Below are positions 61,617-64,000 of a DNA stretch of 64,000 nt, one piece after another. The DNA is from Tubulanus polymorphus (lineage: Eukaryota; Animalia; Nemertea): NCBI RefSeq assembly GCF_964204645.1, contig NC_134032.1, positions 15,054,275 to 15,118,274 on the forward strand, written 5' to 3'. A program made the position numbers and the translations under genes. Every line of letters begins with the position of its first letter. Positions within the stretch are counted from its first letter, which is position 1. The notes below the pieces were generated by a model. That model searched no databases, was not told where the DNA came from, and worked only from the letters and a program-made list of their open reading frames with translations.

Positions 61617-61685
61617 CGCACTCACCGGGGATCAAACCCAGGTCTCGTTCATAGAAAGCAAATGTGCTAACTAGTAGATCAATAG
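61617..61685 (-). other. Degenerate tRNA-like / SINE head
   Basis: Reverse strand tgatctactagttagcacatttgctttctatgaacgagacctgggtttgatccccgg resembles decayed A and B boxes. Confidence 0.45.
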
Positions 61686-63333
61686 TCCACTTGACCAGCG
61701 TTTTTTTATCTAACTTGTATTGTACACAACACAGGTACTTTGAAGCGCAACAGAACTGCTGAATATGCATATATTTTCTAATAAGACCTGTGCAGTCAAC
61801 AGGACAGGCTGTCTATACGGGCTTAGAAACATTTAAATATCGAAATTTGAAATATGTGTGTGCTTAAGAAAATACAAATACAAGTGAGTATTTTCAGTAT
61901 ACATGTATTTTGAGTGGAACCAATTTCAAAAATACCAATCACTCAAAATGATGGGCTATTCCACACGTGCTTGTATTGAATAAAATACTAGTGTCACTCC
62001 AAATCCAAATCCAACTCCAGCTCCAACTACTCATGAACTTTAAATAGAAGAATCTTTACAACTATTTATATCCGAAATGTGTCCGTAATTTGTCTCAATT
62101 TTCTCATCTTTTCCACTAAAGTTCATCTATTCAAAAGTCAGAATCTATTCAAAAGCCAAAAATCGCTTGCTCCAACTTGTGAAATCCCAAATATCTCACT
62201 TAGTTTATCAAAAAGGTAACAATACGTGAAAATGTTACGTGTGATATTTTAAATAATGCATCAAACGACCTGTGATACAACAGCACCAGGCTATAGACTC
62301 AACAGCACCAGGCTATATTTTTCCAAAAAAGTTGTAGTAAAAAATACTAAAGTGATGAGAAACTATCGTGTTGATAATCAACATAATAAATCTATTCAAG
62401 TGGGCTGAAAACCAAAATACCCTTTCCCACATTAAGCACACTTTCCTCTCCCATTTCTCCGACCATGCCCTACCCTATCCTTAACCCTGTACACAGGCCC
62501 TACCCTACATAAACCAAACCAGCATCACTACTGTACCGCCCTCTACCAGCAACCTTTCAATCCATTATAATACACCCTACTGAACATACACACCGTACAC
62601 TACCACATACACCCACCTCGACCAGTTCTACATCAAACTCATCATCGAATCCAACCACATCAAATAACCCTGCATCATCCAACTGACCTTACTGTATCAC
62701 ATTACCCTATCCTACCCTAACTGTACACTACACCATACCCTGCCCCATTCCATACCCAAACCTCATACTCCTCATTCCCTCTATGAGTGAATAAGTAAAA
62801 ATGTTATGATGTTGTAGTTACACGGATGGCAATGATTCTTATCGCTAATGAAGATGAGAGAACAAACATTCTTCAAACTGAGGAGGAATTAGTGAATAAA
62901 TGACAGCAGTGTTACACAGTCAATGTTACATGTACATCAGTTATATCTCTATTAGACTGAAACAATGAGTGAAACTTCTACAGTTACAATCTGACACAAA
63001 TCAGACTGTGTCAGAAAACATTTTTACAATAGAAAACATTCTACAGCTTTTTCTATTTTCTATATTTCAAATGCTACTTATCTTGTTTCTTCTGCTTCAC
63101 TTGTGATGCTTTCACAGCTCCTGTACTACTCCTATGATGCTGCTCTTGCTACTCCTATGATGCTGCTCCTAAAAATGCTCCACCGTTGCCCGAATGGTAT
63201 TTCAAGCCGCGACGATAGTACGTGACATGACACCTGAAACAGAGAATATAATTTGATTTCACATCTGTTGATTGTAGACTATTCACAAATCACATACATC
63301 AGTTATAGACAATTGAATGAATCAGAAGAACCT

Positions 63334-63429
63334 TGGTTCATTCAGTGGTTCATTCAGTGGTTCATTCAGTGGTCCATTCAGTGGTCCATTCAGTGGTCCA
63401 TTCAGTGGTTCATTCAGTGGTTCATTCAG
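63334..63429. repeat. 12-bp tandem repeat (ggttcattcagt) x8
   Basis: Direct reading; explains the WFIQ ORF. Confidence 0.95.
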
Positions 63430-64000
63430 GTTATCATCAATTCAAAAGAAAGAGAATTAGCTAGAATTGTGATACAGGGAACACTCGGATATCAGACATG
63501 TTCAACGTGGCATATGGAAACATTTATGATAACCGCACGTTTCCTGTAACGTTCTCGTGACAGTCCTTCTGCTATACCTAAAATTAATAGTGTTTGATTG
63601 CTGCTCATTGGAACACTCCGGTATCAGACGTGTTTTAATCACAATTCAGGAGGTGAAATTGAAACCACAGACACAGATGGTGGGCGCTGAGCGTTAACCT
63701 GTCAGCCCAAGAAATCATGTGCGATGCAATTTACTCCAATGAAGGGTTTGTCGACTAGCTACGAAAGTTGGCCCAGGCCGCAAACCCCACATTGGTCTAT
63801 ATCATTGCCCACAATTTCCGTTCAGCTAGTTCAGTTACTAGTCTATTTATCTAGCCAATCAGAAATCATAGGTGATGCAATAGACCAATGAAGGGTTTGT
63901 GTTGGCGTGAGCTTCAGCGGGAGGCAATTCACAGGAGCTCGTAAACTGGCTTGGATTCTATTTTCGGGTTTTTGATAATCTGGCGAGAATCGCGCTAAAT

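Larger units (their letters stand above)
59030..63032. repeat. ~620-bp inverted repeat pair (59030-59657 / 62411-63032)
   Basis: gtaaaaatgttttctgacgcagtttgatttgtgtcagattgtaactg... is the reverse complement of ...cagttacaatctgacacaaatcagactgtgtcagaaaacatttttac; homology continues through the G/T-rich part. Confidence 0.9.

Noticed and set aside
58399-63549. ORFs at 58399-58717, 59422-59793 and 63253-63549
   Set aside because: Low-complexity or minisatellite translations with no domain signal.

Overview
AT-rich eukaryotic (animal, probably invertebrate) genomic DNA with short spliceosomal GT-AG introns; not prokaryotic, so most listed ORFs are spurious or exon fragments. About two thirds of the window is tandem repeat: a ~2.77-kb macrosatellite (1-15.1 kb) made of minus-strand micro-exons, a 31-bp minisatellite (16.8-19.1 kb), a duplicated Pro-rich degenerate coding block (19.9-22.4 kb) and a composite satellite (24.1-41.0 kb) in which an ~85-bp monomer with Pol III A/B-box-like motifs alternates with a 174-bp fold-back element. 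The main result is a complete 30-exon minus-strand gene (55907->45375) assembled by hand. It encodes a ~1400-aa type I membrane receptor: signal peptide, eight CUB domains each built from the same A/B/C exon triplet, one TM helix, and an acidic cytoplasmic tail with 21 ED[T/D]Y repeats plus IYEDI/IYDDV. The CUB repeats show mosaic exchange, amino-acid-biased divergence and paired cysteine loss, which fits a fast-evolving recognition receptor I cannot match to a named family. A partial plus-strand gene for a secreted Cys-rich protein (Argos/scoloptoxin-11-like) lies tail-to-tail with it. Several non-autonomous DNA transposons with TIRs and TSDs are also visible. All coordinates were counted by eye; no searches were run.
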